From: Guillardia theta CCMP2712
Lineage: Eukaryota; Protista; Cryptophyta
Assembly: GCF_000315625.1 (NCBI RefSeq)
Contig: NW_005434656.1
Coordinates: forward strand, 355,741 to 419,740
Length of the DNA: 64,000 nucleotides
Reading direction: 5' to 3'
Positions 23,201 to 35,787 of this stretch are shown here, one piece after another. A model generated the notes under the pieces. It ran no database searches. It was not told the origin of the DNA and worked only from the letters and a program-made list of their open reading frames with translations. The position numbers and the translations under genes were made by a program. The number at the start of each line of letters is the position of its first letter. The stretch's first letter is position 1.

Positions 23201-26200
23201 AGCATGTAGTTGGAGATGGAAAGAATATGACAGATCAGGATTTATTGGGAGAACAAACAGGCGCGCTGAGGTGGAGTGTATGAGATGGTCTGAGCGTGGA
23301 GGATGTGACAAGAAATGAAAGGAAGCAGAATAGAGGAGTAAATGAGGAAGAGGAAAACAGGTGGAGCGAGGAGAGGAGGAGAAGCTGAGCGGAGGGAGGA
23401 GGAGGTTGACGTGTGAGAACTGCAGGCCCAGAGTGTAGGAGACGACGTGAATCAAGAGCTTCAGGGGACTCCGGGGTACCTCGCGCCTGAGGTGAATATG
23501 CGCTGCATGCTGGAGTAGAGGGGAGGTGGAAGACGAGGACAGAGCATGCCTTGCTATCTCTCAGCGTCATATGATGATACATCGATGATGAGGAGGAGCA
23601 TGTTGATTGTGAGCAGCGCGTGTTGAATCCATTGATGTTGATGACGTCGACCCCGCATCTGTTGTTGTGAATGAAACCGCTGCAGGTGATGCGCAAGACG
23701 GGGATGATCAGACAGAGCGATATCTGGAGTTTGGGGTACGAGAGGAAAGGAGGGCAGGGGAGAGGAGAGCAGGGAGGGGATGGGGAAGAGGAGGGAGAGG
23801 AGGAGGGGGCACAAGGAGGAGCGATGTTGAGTGAGCCATGCAGCGCGTGCGTGATGGAGATGTTGACGTTGGAGCTTCCGTTCGAGGACGCGGACATAGA
23901 TCCGCAGGCCATGCAGGTTCATCGACTTTACCGACTCTCTCAGGTCACCTCAAGTCTGTTCTACTTCCTCTTGCCTCCCTCCTTCTCCTCGATCTTCTTC
24001 CTCCTCCCTATTTCTCCTCCTTTTTGCCCCTTCCCATACCTCCACGGTCTTCTCTTTCTCTTTCATTCTTCTTCCATTCTCCCTCTCCAGCCTCCGTCCT
24101 TCCCTCCTTCTTCCCTTACCTCTGTGCACTGACCTGCTGCCAGGTGACCACCGATCCTCCGCTGCCCCCCAATCTTGGGGAGGAGGCGAGGGAGTTCCTG
24201 CAGGCGTGTCTGCGGGTAAGGAGAGCAAGTCGCCTTGCCGGCCATGACGGAGCCACCAGGTCGATCCGAAGAAGAGGCTCAACACTCTGCATCTCAAGAT
24301 GGTGATGAGCTCGGAACCCTCGTTCGCTCCCCTCCCTCACCAGCTCTCCCCCAGCTCAAGTTCCTGCGCCTGCCCGACGACCCGCAAGTGGAGGAGAAGG
24401 AACGAAGATCCGTCGGTGAGCATGCTGCTGTCCTCGCTCGATGCCTCCCTACTCACCCTCCTCCTCCCTCCCGCCCTCTCAGTCGGGAAAGTTCTCCTTC
24501 GCAGCAACTCAGGTGCGACCCCCTTGACCGCTCGCGGCCTGCTGTCTCATCTTCCTGCCAGATCACAAGATGGATGCAACTTCCCAGTGGCTGTCTACCG
24601 TCCTCGCTTCCTCCTGGATCCCTGTCTTTCTGTACACCTCCCTCCTCCTCTGCCCTTGTCGCTCACAGTGTTTCAGCCGCTCCTGGCTCATCCGCCTCCA
24701 CCTCATGGTCATTCAGATCGAGGGATGGGACCGAGAAGACGCCAAGTGAAGAAGAGCGACGATGCTGACTAAGCTGACCCGTTGCAACAGGTTCGCCCTC
24801 GCCTTCCAGGAGAATTTCCAGTACCATTCCCTCTGCCAGGTCCCCATTTCATGAACCCATCCCTTCCGTCCATCCTTCCGTGCCCCCCCCCCCCCCCCCC
24901 CCCCCCCTCTCCTCCTTCCTCTCTCCCTCCCTCTCCCTCCCTCTCCCCCCCTCCCTCTCCCTCGCTCCCTCTTTGTCATCCTCGTCCGTGAATGTGAACA
25001 CCAACATGCTTGTTTGCTCATCTGACATTCCGGCAGACCATTCGCGCCTTGAGATACGCCCAACCTGTTTCCACCACCCTCGGTGCCGCACCCTCTCCCC
25101 CTTTCCTCACCTCACAGACCTCCAGTCCTCCTCGACAAATTTTCCATGCCCTTCCCCGACAAGCTCTTCGATCAAGTGAGTTCGTTCAGCCAGTGAGGGG
25201 AGGTGGGAGAGGCCTGAGCCTGTCGCAGTGCGTCCTTCTCGTGTTCGCCTTGTTCCAGATCCTCTGGGCCTACGTAGTCTGGACTTTCAGGGGTGAGAGA
25301 GATGTCGAGCAATGAGGAGACACTGAGACTCGTCCTTCTTGCCCTGCAGCCGATGACAAGAACAAGTCTCATTGGAAGTTCTACTACAAACTCCTTGTGA
25401 GTTCCTGGGAGCTCCTCCTCCTCGCTGACTGGGCCATCGCAGCTGTTCTTGATCAGGATGTCGGTCATCACTACTCCAGGTCCTGCTCTCTCCCTCCTCC
25501 CCCCTCCTCCTTCTCCTTTCCTCCTCCTCCTCATATTCATCTCAGTTGTCATGTGGAACCAAGCCGACGCCTTCTCCATCATTCTGATTCTCCTCTGCCC
25601 CATCGGTGAGTCTGGGCAGCTGCGGCAGCAGCTGCTCGTTTCCCTGAGTCTGCTTGCAGTGGGCAACATGTTCCCTACCATCCTGGAGAGTTGGATGTTC
25701 ATTACGATGGTGGCATCCTCCAGGCTCCTCAAGTGATCCCCTGCCTCCCATCCCCCGCCGCCGCTCCTCTCCCTCGCCTTCCCGCCGTCTCTTCTCCTCC
25801 CTCCTCCCCTCCCTTCTCTCTCCTCCTCCTCCTCCTCCTCCTCCTCCTCCTCCTCCTCCTCCTCCTCCTCCTCCTCCTCCTCCTATGTTGTTGTTGTTGC
25901 TGACGTTTGGAAGGGCTTCCTTCGAGCTCCGAGAACTTCTGAAGCAAGGTTCCCCACCTCCCCCTCCCTCCTCCTCTTCCTCCGTCCTCCTCCCTCTTCC
26001 ATCCTCCTCGCGAACATCCTCCTCGTTTCGCGCCGCTTTTCTGACTTGCTCTTGCAGATGAAAGTCTGAATCTCTTTGACACGCGAATTCTCGAGGAATA
26101 CGTTCCAAGGCATGCAAGACATGCTTTCTCCCTCGCCTCCCCTTCCCCCTTCCTTTCCCATCTTTCTCCCCCTACTCCCTAATCCTCTTCTCCCAATATC

Positions 26201-26422
26201 ACGCTGGCTCGTCTCTTGACCGATTCCCGCGGCAGGATCGGCGTGATGCTCCTGACCTTCCTCTTGTCTGTTTTCATCATCAGGTCCGAGGCTGGAGGTT
26301 GGAGGAGAGGTACCTGCCGTCTCCTGCTCGTCTCCGGGCCGGGTTGACCCGATCGCCATGGCAGGTCGCTCTTCCGCAAGAGGATGTCCAAGCCTGCTTT
26401 CCGACGCAAGGCGCTGGACTGA
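20262..26422 (+). CDS. STE11/MAP3K-like Ser/Thr kinase flanked by N- and C-terminal multi-TM regions (possibly two genes)
   Basis: LGSGTYGCVYK, ELAVK, HKNIVQY, FLEFCHGGSL, YLHSHGIVHRDVKSGN, LKLADFGA, GTPGYLAPE and SDIWSLG. Hydrophobic exons at ~20690-21780 and ~25230-26285 end ...RRKALD*. The start is approximate. Confidence 0.75.
25821..25884. repeat. (CCT)n intronic microsatellite; similar tracts at 27701-27762, 45195-45260, 57465-57509
   Basis: Perfect trinucleotide runs inside introns. Confidence 0.9.
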
Positions 26423-27439
26423 TTCGCGTCAAGTTTAACTCTGATGAGAAAGTGCAAGTGAACTAGGTTTGATAGCCGCAGTAGCCTCCCGCCAGTCCAG
26501 TAGGGGGCCCGGGCCCGGCTCTCCCGGGAGTCCGCCGGGTCTCGGGCGCTGGCACTGCAGGCTCCGCCTCTAGTCAACGGTCACTCTGTACGGGCCGGGC
26601 TGACATCTCTCTCGGAACGGCCTCGACGGCCATGACGCCCGGCCGGGCCCGGCACACTCAGAGGGCCGGGGCCGGTTGTGTGCCGGGGCCCCGCCGGCCC
26701 GGTACGGGTCCGACGGTCAACGGTCCGACCCGGGCGGGTCGATCGGACTCGGCGACTGGCAACATTGAGTTGAGTAAAAGCATTTGGTAAGAGATCGTGC
26801 TGGGGTGGTGTTAGGACTTGTGAGGGGTACTAGAGGGAGAAGAAGGGGGTGGGGGTTATAGCCGAGGGGCGTCCATGCGATAAGAGGTGAACGCGATGGC
26901 GGCGGTGGGAGGAGAGGTGGGAGGGAAAGGGAGAGGAGGAGAGGAGGGGGGGAGGAGACAAGCAGAGGCAATTCTAGAATGGACATGAGGCAAGAGGAGA
27001 TAAGAGAAAGAGAGGGCGGAAAGCAGGAAGGCATGTAGGCGGGAGTGAAGTGAGGCATAAAAATTTGAGTCAAGGACTCCAGTGAGGCATACTAGTGATT
27101 GAGCTGGTGAACGACTGAGAAGACACTATCCGAGATCAAGTCCAAGATGAGAATAGCTAGGAGCAGGGAACGCTGACGAGAGGAAGGAGTGTCTGATCAC
27201 TACCAGGGGAGGAAGGGAATGGTGAAGGGATGTGCCAGTAGAGGAGGGAGGTCGCTACCGAGCTCAGAACTTTCAGGGTCTCAGTATGTTGAGAAAACTC
27301 TTGAGGGCAAGGCAGAGAAGAGGAAGGAGTGAGGGAAACAGCACAAGCATGAAAGTTTGAGGACGCCAAGTCAGAGCCCGCGCAACAACTTTGACCTCGT
27401 TGGCCACTTCCAGGGTAGCTCCATTGGCAGTTTGAAACC

Positions 27440-29731
27440 ATGGCAAGACGCCTAGCCGACCATCCCTTCTATGGTCTCTTCGTCGCAACGGCGTACGGTA
27501 GAGGCGCTTCCCATGTTGCTCTCCCAGCTGACGCCCGGCAGGCATTGTTTCAATCACCATCACCCTCTTCAACAAAGCCGTCTTCAGCTTCTACAAGTTC
27601 AAGTACCCCATGACCCTCTTCGTCTTCCAGGTGAACGGAACTTGCCTCCCCAGTCCTCCTCTTCCTCCATCACTAGCACCTTCTCCACCACCACCACCAT
27701 CTCCTCCTCCTCCTCCTCCTCCTCCTCCTCCTCCTCCTCCTCCTCCTCCTCCTCCTCCTCCTCCTTCACTACCACCATCCCTGCTTGCTCCTTCTCCTCT
27801 CCTTCTCCTTTCCTCCACCACCACCACCACCACCACCACCACCTTCTTCTCCTCGTTGGCCGCCACCGTGATCCCACGCTCTTGTGACTCGCACTCTGTT
27901 GGCAGATGTTTTCTCCCTCGTCTTTGTGTCCCTGTTGAAAATCATCTCTCCCAAGCAATTCGGGTTTCCCGGACCGGAGTGGAGTATGGCCAAGAAGGTT
28001 AGCGCAAGAACAACTACTCCCTCCCTCCCTCCCTCCCTCCCCCGCTCCCTCCCTCCCTCCCTCCCTCCCTCCCTCCCTCCCTCCCTTCCTCTCTCCCTCC
28101 TCCTTCCTTCCTTCTTTCCCCCCTCCCCCTCCCTCACTCTCCCTCACATGCACCCAGTTAACGCCCATGGCGCTCGGCTGGTGGGTCTACGGGATCTCAG
28201 GGGTGATAGCTCTCAAATACCTCAACGTCCCCATGTTCAGGTTCAGCCCCCGCGCTTGACCTCGGGCGACTGATGCGCTTCCACGGCAGCGCATTCAGGC
28301 GATTCACGACCGTTATCGTCATGTACGGGGAGTACAGGTTGTACGGGACCAAACCTCCTCCCGACCAGCGCAACGCCGTCTTTGTTATGTCCGCTGGAGC
28401 CGCCATTGCCGGGCTCACCGACCTGACGTTCAGCCTGCCCGGATACTTCTGGGTCCTTACCTGCGCCATCTCAACGGCCTTGTACCTCCTGTTCATTAGC
28501 AAGCTGGGGAAGGAGTCCGGGCTGAACGACTTCGGGTAGAGATGCAGCGAGTGAGAGGCGGTGGGGAGGCTGAAGTTGCTGCGTCCTCAGGCTTCTGTTC
28601 TACAACAACCTGCTGGCTCTGCCCTTCATGCTCATTTCCCTCTTCCTTAGCGGAGAACTCAATCACGTCACAGAATACCCCAACCTTCACGACCTCGACT
28701 TCCAGGTATGATGGACATGCGCGGTCTCCTGGTATGACCTTTCCTTCCGACAGATCTTCTTTGTGGTGTCAGCCATGCAAGCGTTTTTCCTGAACTTCCT
28801 CATCTTCTTCTGCACACGAGTGAACTCTCCGCTCATTACCTCGGTGACCGGCACTGTGAGTCTGCCTGCCACCATCTGCTCGCCCTCCATTGGCTCTGAC
28901 CGGCTTCTGAATGTCAGGTCAAAGATCTGGTCACCAACGGTCTCGGAATGACTTTGTTCGGAGACTTCCCTTTCAACATCCCAAACATTGTAACAGTTCG
29001 CCGTGTCGTCTCCTTCCCCTCACCGTGGTTCTCTCAGATGTCTATCGTCGTTTGCTTTGCTGGGAGTGTCTGGTATAGTCGGCTCAAGTACGTTGCAAGC
29101 AACCGTCCACGTGCAGAGGTTGTTCCTCTTCTCCCCCCCCCCTCCCTCCCGCTCCTCCAAACCTCCTCTGACCTCGTTCCTGCTCCTCTCGCTCCTCTCT
29201 TTGCTCTCCCCCCGCCCACGTTCCGTTCTACACACTTTCTCCTCCTTCACTTTCCTCCTGTGAATATTGCATGCATGCTGCTGCCTGCTCGTTGCTCACT
29301 CTGCTCCCAAAAGCAGGCATCGAGTCTGAACGAGTGAGTATTCGTGGGGTGTGGGAGAGCAAGAGGGTGCAAGAGGGGATGATGCGCTGCTGTACTGTCA
29401 TCCTGCGTTGAACGTGACGAACACTGAAAGCCTTTGCTCCTTTGACTGCATCCAGTTTGGTGTAACTCTGGGGAATTCTAGGACAAAGGTTGTGGAATTG
29501 GAAGAAGGTCTGGAGCAGCAGGCCACAACCGGAGGTCCGATACAGGCCCAAGAGGCGGCAAAGTACACCGCATCCGAGAAAAGTAGCGCTCCTCCTGAGG
29601 GAACCTCGAAGCCCCAGCAGACGGTGCAAGATCAAGCGCTGCTGGACAGGAAGAAGGCGCTGGAGCAGCAGCTGAAGGAGCTCGAGGCGCAGCTCAACGC
29701 TCAGCCGGGGAATGTACATCACGACGATTGA
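27440..29731 (+). CDS. Nucleotide-sugar transporter (SLC35D/GONST, TPT family) with hydrophilic C-terminal tail
   Basis: ITLFNKAVFSFYKFKYPMTL, ALKYLNVPMFSAFRRFT, AGLTDLTFSLPGYFW, GLLFYNNLL, FLNFLIFFCTRVNSPLITSVTG and GSVWYSRLKY. The last exon (TKVVELEE...HHDD*) splices in phase. Confidence 0.88.
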
Positions 29732-29957
29732 GAACGAGGAGAGCAGGGGATGCGAATATTTTTATTCTTCGTTGATGGGATCGAAAACTCGCGAAAACGG
29801 GGGCTGTTATGAACAAGGACAAGGCAAGGAGCTGAGAGAGAAATCAATCTACACTTAATGAACAAGTCGGCTCGACATGTCTGGGATCGTTCGGGAGGGA
29901 GAGGAAGACTCGGGTGCTCTTAGGCAGGCTCTGTGAGAGAGGCATCGTACTGAGACA

Positions 29958-30936
29958 TCAACTTGGCCATCTTATCCTTGATCCGCTGTTTGGATTGTTC
30001 GATCTTCGCTTCTTCCTCGTCAAACTTTGAGGGTAACCTCCCCCCCGAGCCAGCACGTGCTCCCTCCTTCTCCTCTTGACCTGCGCCACCGTCAGACAGT
30101 GTCGAGGAAGCCTGATCCCATCACCTGCACTGCTGCTCGCTGAACCTCTGTGCAAGCGAGCTTGTTTCACGCTCCCCGTCGACCCCCTCTCGTTCCTCTC
30201 AGGCTGGTGTGATGCCTGCGCGGTCTGTGCCTTAACGTCAGGTCGATGTCTCCTCGACTCGGCATTCGTTGCCGCCCCTTCCGGTTCGAAGCTTGTCGCT
30301 CGGTCAACATTCCCCCAGACGTAGGCAGGATGTGGAATATCCGACGCCTCTGCCTTGTTCCAGGGACCCTCAGCCTTGTCAGTCTGGACAGGCACAAGCC
30401 CCGTCACCCTCCCTTCTCCCAGCCAGGCGCCGCCCGTTCTTTCCTGGTAGGTAGGTGGAACATGGATGTGGCAACGCACTCCAAACGCGCAAGGGATCTG
30501 GAACTTCTGGTCGTTGGCTATCATCTTGATGGCTTCGCTTTCACTGCCTACAAACCTCTGATGGGATTGAGAGGCGAGGTATGCAAGAGGGTCCATGTAA
30601 CCACGAGGAACCGAGGAGAGCTCAGCTGCTCGCTCCCTGTCAGAGAACTCTCATGACACGTTGGGTATCAGCAGACTTCGGGAATGAGTCCGCGAGCAGG
30701 CATACCTATGACAGCATGCGAGGACAACAGCCAGGGCAACAAAGATCCCGGAAATGACGACAGCAGCTTTCCTCTGCGATGCTGCCTGAGAAGACAAACG
30801 AATCAACAAGTAGTATGGAGCGGCTAGGGCAAGGGGTTGGTGAAGGGAGTCAACACATCGACACCTACTGTATCATCTCTGCCTCCTCTCTCCTCCTCCT
30901 TACCTCCATTCTCGCCGGCACCACAAATTCTGCCAT
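29958..30936 (-). CDS. Hypothetical multi-exon protein
   Basis: ATG (MAEFVVPARME) followed by a GTAAGG donor, then a 212-aa open stretch. No family recognised and the 3' end is uncertain. Confidence 0.45.
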
Positions 30937-31164
30937 CGTCCTATTTCCGTCACTCTGCCGGCCCGGGCCGCGCCTCCCGGTCCGACGTCCGACGATCCTC
31001 CCTGACTCCGGACCGCTGAGCCGCCGGGAGTCCGCTCGGGGGCCGCGCCGGGCCGCACCCGGTCTCGGATCCGCAGCCACCGGGGGGCCCTCAGTCGACC
31101 GGGAGTCCAGTCCCGCCGGGTGATCATCGGATCACCGACTGTACGGTCCCCGTCCGATCCTCTT

Positions 31165-31190
31165 CTTTACTCAACGTTAAGTTAAAAATC
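31165..31190 (+). promoter_or_regulatory. Conserved intergenic motif CTTTACTCAACGTTAAGTTAAAAATC
   Basis: Near-identical copies at 49461-49486 (+) and 41327-41351 (-). Function is inferred from position only. Confidence 0.55.
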
Positions 31191-31398
31191 CGGTACGGTG
31201 ACCGCCCGGGCCGGCCGCGGCGCCGCCGCGGCCGGAGTCACTGCCGAGTTTCAAGTTTTCGGATCGAACCGTGCGCCGGGGCCACCCGGCTCTCAGGCGA
31301 CGGGCCGGGCCTCGTGACCTGACCGGGACCAACGGTCACACTGAGTTACGCATGGCGGCCGTCCGGCACGCTGGAGAGTTTTAACCTTTTGAAGGAGG

Positions 31399-32200
31399 CT
31401 ATAATAAATTTATAACTACACTGGAATAAATCTCAAGATCCGATAATCTCGTGATCAGGGTCAGGCTGTGTTGCATGAGTCTCGAAGGAGGGTCGCCGGA
31501 TCTCAAGGTCGCCGGATCGCCCATATCGGCTGGTTCCAGCTTAGCAAGAGGAACAGTGACGGTGATGGATTCCTCAGATGAAGCAATGCTGTGATGACCA
31601 TGTGCATGAAGGATCGGGCAACCAACAACCTCGGTCACGAAACGTTCTTTCATTACATTCGCATTCGCGACTGAATCGATACAGGTCAGCAGCTTTTTAT
31701 TCCTATTTTCGAGGTGACAGATATCATGAGAAGTGATACAGTGAAGGTCTCATCTCTTAGAGCATGCTACGCAGACATTCACTATACAGCGCCTACAACA
31801 GTTGTCTCAACCCAGACCAGAACCTTTCCGAGTAAGAGAAGCAATCAAAGCTAGATCCAGTGTTTGTCGATTGGAAGGCCTGGTAGTCTGTGCTCTAAGA
31901 TGCATACTCCTGTGTGACACAGTGGCAGTCTTTCTGTAGTCGTAGGTTCGAGCAATAAAAGCACTGGCCCTTTGAGCTCCTTAAGTCACTGTCTGATCAG
32001 TACCTCCCCGTCCAGAGTCCTGTACCTTCTGGTCCGGATCATAACCTTCTCGCATGACATTTCTTCATGTTGTAAAGACATCAGACCCATTTTTTCCACG
32101 TGAGCCTTGTGCTATCAAGAGCTTATCACTTCTCTGCAACATTGAGCACATTGAGTTGAGGTGCGTGTGGCATTCGACACCGTTGACTCCCCGAACCGTA
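31399..32200 (-). CDS. Hypothetical multi-exon protein
   Basis: Short exon-like segments with GT..AG-bounded gaps and an 84-aa terminal ORF. No motif recognised. Confidence 0.3.
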
Positions 32201-32434
32201 GAGCTTGTATTGTTACACTTCTTGTTTTTTCACAAACAACATTGATAATTCTAGCTTTAAAAATTAACTGCACACTTGTCGACTCAGAGATCTACAGTGG
32301 GTGATAAATCTTTGGACTATTACGCAGAATTTGCGTTGAGATACGATTTCATTCAATCTTATCACCCATCAACCTTGTTGGGAAACCGATCGCTATTGAG
32401 GTAATTGGCAATATATCTCGATATGTCCATACGT

Positions 32435-32731
32435 TTAAGATTCTTCATCTGGCTTTGTAGGGACAGTATCCTCCCTTTTCTGTTTGGAGCAGAACTTCAT
32501 CTTGGCTTTCATAATATTCTCGAGGCACTCTTTGCCAGATACAATTATGGATTCACGCGTCCTCGGTAGCTCGGATGCATTGAAGTCAGCCGATTGACGA
32601 TCACGAATTTCATTGAGATAAAGGAGCTGCTTCGCAGACAGCTTCAACTTGATGCGTTGGTTATGTGAGCTGGTGACCTCCGATGTCTGCCCCCCGTCAA
32701 AGTGAAACCGTGTAACTTTGATCCGGAGCAT
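32435..32731 (-). CDS. Small protein, paralogue A (…ECLENIMKAKMKF…)
   Basis: 98-aa ORF aligning with 33799-34056 on the opposite strand. Confidence 0.7.
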   Translation of the reverse strand: MLRIKVTRFHFDGGQTSEVTSSHNQRIKLKLSAKQLLYLNEIRDRQSADFNASELPRTRESIIVSGKECLENIMKAKMKFCSKQKREDTVPTKPDEES

Positions 32732-33798
32732 CGCAGCCTCTGCGACGAATCGACTCTACACAGCCATGTCAAGCTTGTCGCTCAGTTCTGTTCGGGGACA
32801 AAGTTTCTACAGGCCGTCAGGATGTGTCTGCCCAGCTTCATGCAACTATCTTCGGCTCACGCTCTGGTCTCAGATCTCAAACTCTGGTACAGGTGAATCA
32901 TCTACCAACGTAACTGAAAATATGAAGGTCATGTGTGCTAGGTATAATAAAGTGTCAATAAGACGCAACAAAAGCAAAAGGGTAGGTAGGGTGGTTTGGA
33001 TACCATCTCCATGACTATTTGTCGTATGGAAAAGTGAGGGTAGGGTACTGTGTTTGATGGGTACCTTGTAATGTCGGAGGCAGCTCCGAGAAAGTCGGTA
33101 TGTGGCATCCGTGACGCAGAATTAGATCGAAGAAGATCTCAATCGTTGTTATTTCACAACTGAAAATCTGAATATCTGGAGATTAAAGATACGAAAAAGA
33201 GGGATTTGGAAGATCGATGGCTTGTGACTCCCGCGTGATTGGAACTGCTTCGGAGGTCCTGGCCCCGGATGCCACTACGAATCCCGATTGGACCATTTCC
33301 AACACTCTCTCATGAGGTACTATTAATTATCAAAAAATTTCATAGAATTTCAACTTTGAGAGAAAAGCGTTTCATCCCTGTATCAAATGATGTATGATAG
33401 ATTACCCCACCCTCAAAACCTTCTTCATTCAAGAGCTACACTATAAATCTTGAGATTCACCTCCGCATCTTGTCCTCGTTGGACCTATCCCACCGGATAT
33501 CTTGTTTCTTCTTACCACCCCTACCCTTATTCTGGGGCTATCAATTGGGAAATAGAGGGGTAATGAAAATGACTCTTCGGTACCCCACCCTCGAGGGCAG
33601 GACCTCGATATAATCCCGTCGTCGTCTGCTCCTCCCACAACCTCGCGGCCACGACTTGGTGCTTGTAATAAGCATCAGCACAACTTACACACAAGAGATC
33701 GCGATCAAGCTGGATTTTTTCCTTGCTCCTACAATCAGATTCACATCCGTTCATTACTGTCTTCAGCTTCTTTGTTGATCTGCACACATCCCACTGCA

Positions 33799-34056
33799 AT
33801 GGTTTCGGCTCCTGCACTTGTTATCCGTGTTTCTGAGTTCAGCTCGGTCTCCTCCACGAAAGGACGACGCAATCTTCCCTCCCTTCGGCTTACAGCCTCT
33901 CAGCGAGATTTCCTGGATCGCTCCCGTACAGAATCGCCGATTGCAAATGGCAGACCTGCAGCATGCATTGTGAAATCAGATGGTTCGGAGTGCCTGGACA
34001 ATGTTTTGAGAGCCAAGATGAAATTTACGGAGAGAACAGATGTCAAGCTTCACTGA
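33799..34056 (+). CDS. Small protein, paralogue B (…ECLDNVLRAKMKF…)
   Basis: 85-aa ORF from ATG 33799 aligning with 32435-32731. Confidence 0.7.
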   Translation: MVSAPALVIRVSEFSSVSSTKGRRNLPSLRLTASQRDFLDRSRTESPIANGRPAACIVKSDGSECLDNVLRAKMKFTERTDVKLH

Positions 34057-34300
34057 AAGTGATTCTTTAAATTGCTTTAGGGGGATGAAATGTGTAGGAT
34101 TATGTACATACAATGAAATAAATGGTTGGACTACAACAAATGTAATTCGACTGACTGCTGCTTGCGGAGTTTTGTTATGTGCACTGCTCGCCGATCGGGA
34201 AAAGAAGAATTGTACCAAAAGTCCGTGAGTTGTATTGCGAACAGACTGGCTGACAGGAATGGATTTGTGCTGAATGTCTGATGTGAATTGATTTGATCAT

Positions 34301-35787
34301 TTATTCTTTCAGTTGTCCTGAAATGAGACCGACAAGCCGTTGTTTCAAAATCTGCATGGCAATCGTTAGCTCTCGATCAGAATTGGTGATGTTTGTTATA
34401 CTTCCTCTCCATGAGGTATTTTTTCGACACACCTGTTTCATACGTCATTGAAAACATCGATAACAACCCCCTGGTCCGGCAACGCTTACGCGATCAATTC
34501 AATTCCAACAGCACTATCAAGAAGGATATCCACGGTGTCTTCAAACGATGTTTCCAGATGCTGAAAGCGGCAGAGTGCTGAGAGGCTTTACATTAGATGG
34601 AGTAATGACGCTGAGATGAAACACGTCCAGATAAACGTGGAATTGTGATCACTACGTTGTTACATGACTGTCATTCCATGAACAGCACGACAAAGGGGAA
34701 AAGAAAACGATGATGGCGGGACACGATATGAAAAAATATAGCTGGCAGAGGGTAAGCATAGATAAACAGAAAGCAAAAATGAAACACAGTTTGAGCAAGC
34801 GAAGTGAGTGAAACAGGTGATCAAGATACATCATGATTCAAGCAAGAGGTCATGGACGTGAGTGATTGAGTGAGTAAGGAAGAGAGTGAGACATCAAAAA
34901 GCAACAAAAAGAGTGTTCGCAAGGGAAAAAATAGGATGGGGAACACAGTAAACTAAGCCAAACAGGAAATGCGAGAGCCTAGCGCTTTGAAAGAAGATTG
35001 AGCCAGATTATGATCACATATCGACAACAACAAGAAGAGCACCGTTAACTAAAGTCTCATCTGATAAGACAGCCTTGTGTGATGCAAAAACATCCTCGTA
35101 TGACATCCCCCGTATCTCAGCATTCTCATTTGCTACAGCAGATTGTTGTTTTTCTGCAAAATATTTCAAAAATGAAGAGTCATGAAAGCAAGGCAAAAAC
35201 CCGAACTATTGAAGGATTTGATTGCGATATCTGAATTGCTCGCATGCAACAAAGAGTCGTCGATCGGCTCGTTCACTGGCTCGTCTTCATCGACTTTGAC
35301 GTCCTGGACCGAACTTCGGGTTCTTCTTGCATTCTTGACTTTCGACACGGGATTCTTCATACGCTCCATCAGCCTAATGAAAACCACCGAAATCATTCAG
35401 CCTGCAAGACTCAGAACAGACACATTACTCGTTGAATTCCTTCGTGGCAGTCTCATTCCACCTTTTCTGCTCTTTGATCGCCTGAGAAGTGCTTTCTTGG
35501 ATCTCTAAACATGTTTGGTTCAACTCTTGTACAAAGTTCAAAAGAGCTCTTCTGCTCGAACTTTCGTCCTCGCCCTATGATCCTCAAGGTCAGCAACACA
35601 AGAACCGTCGACTCCCTCAAACCGACCCATCATTTCATGTCTTCCTCCTTTCATTTTCCGGTCCCCTGGCCTCTAGCCTTGGTTGTCGTCTACTCTCCTT
35701 CCTTGCCTCAGTCTCTCTATATCACTCTCCGGTTCCTCCCTGCCTCTACCTCCCTCTCTCCTTCCTTCCTGGAAGCGCCTTACCATG
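34301..35787 (-). CDS. Hypothetical multi-exon protein
   Basis: Exon-like segments (MERMKNPVSKVK..., EDVFASHKAVLSDETLVN, FEDTVDILLDSAVGIEL, LTIAMQILKQRLVGLISGQLKE*) separated by GT-AG gaps. Confidence 0.45.

Noticed and set aside
25542-28273. Poly-P/G/L/E/R ORFs (also 41582-42029, 44705-45594, 63600-63899)
   Set aside because: They are translations of intronic or intergenic microsatellites.
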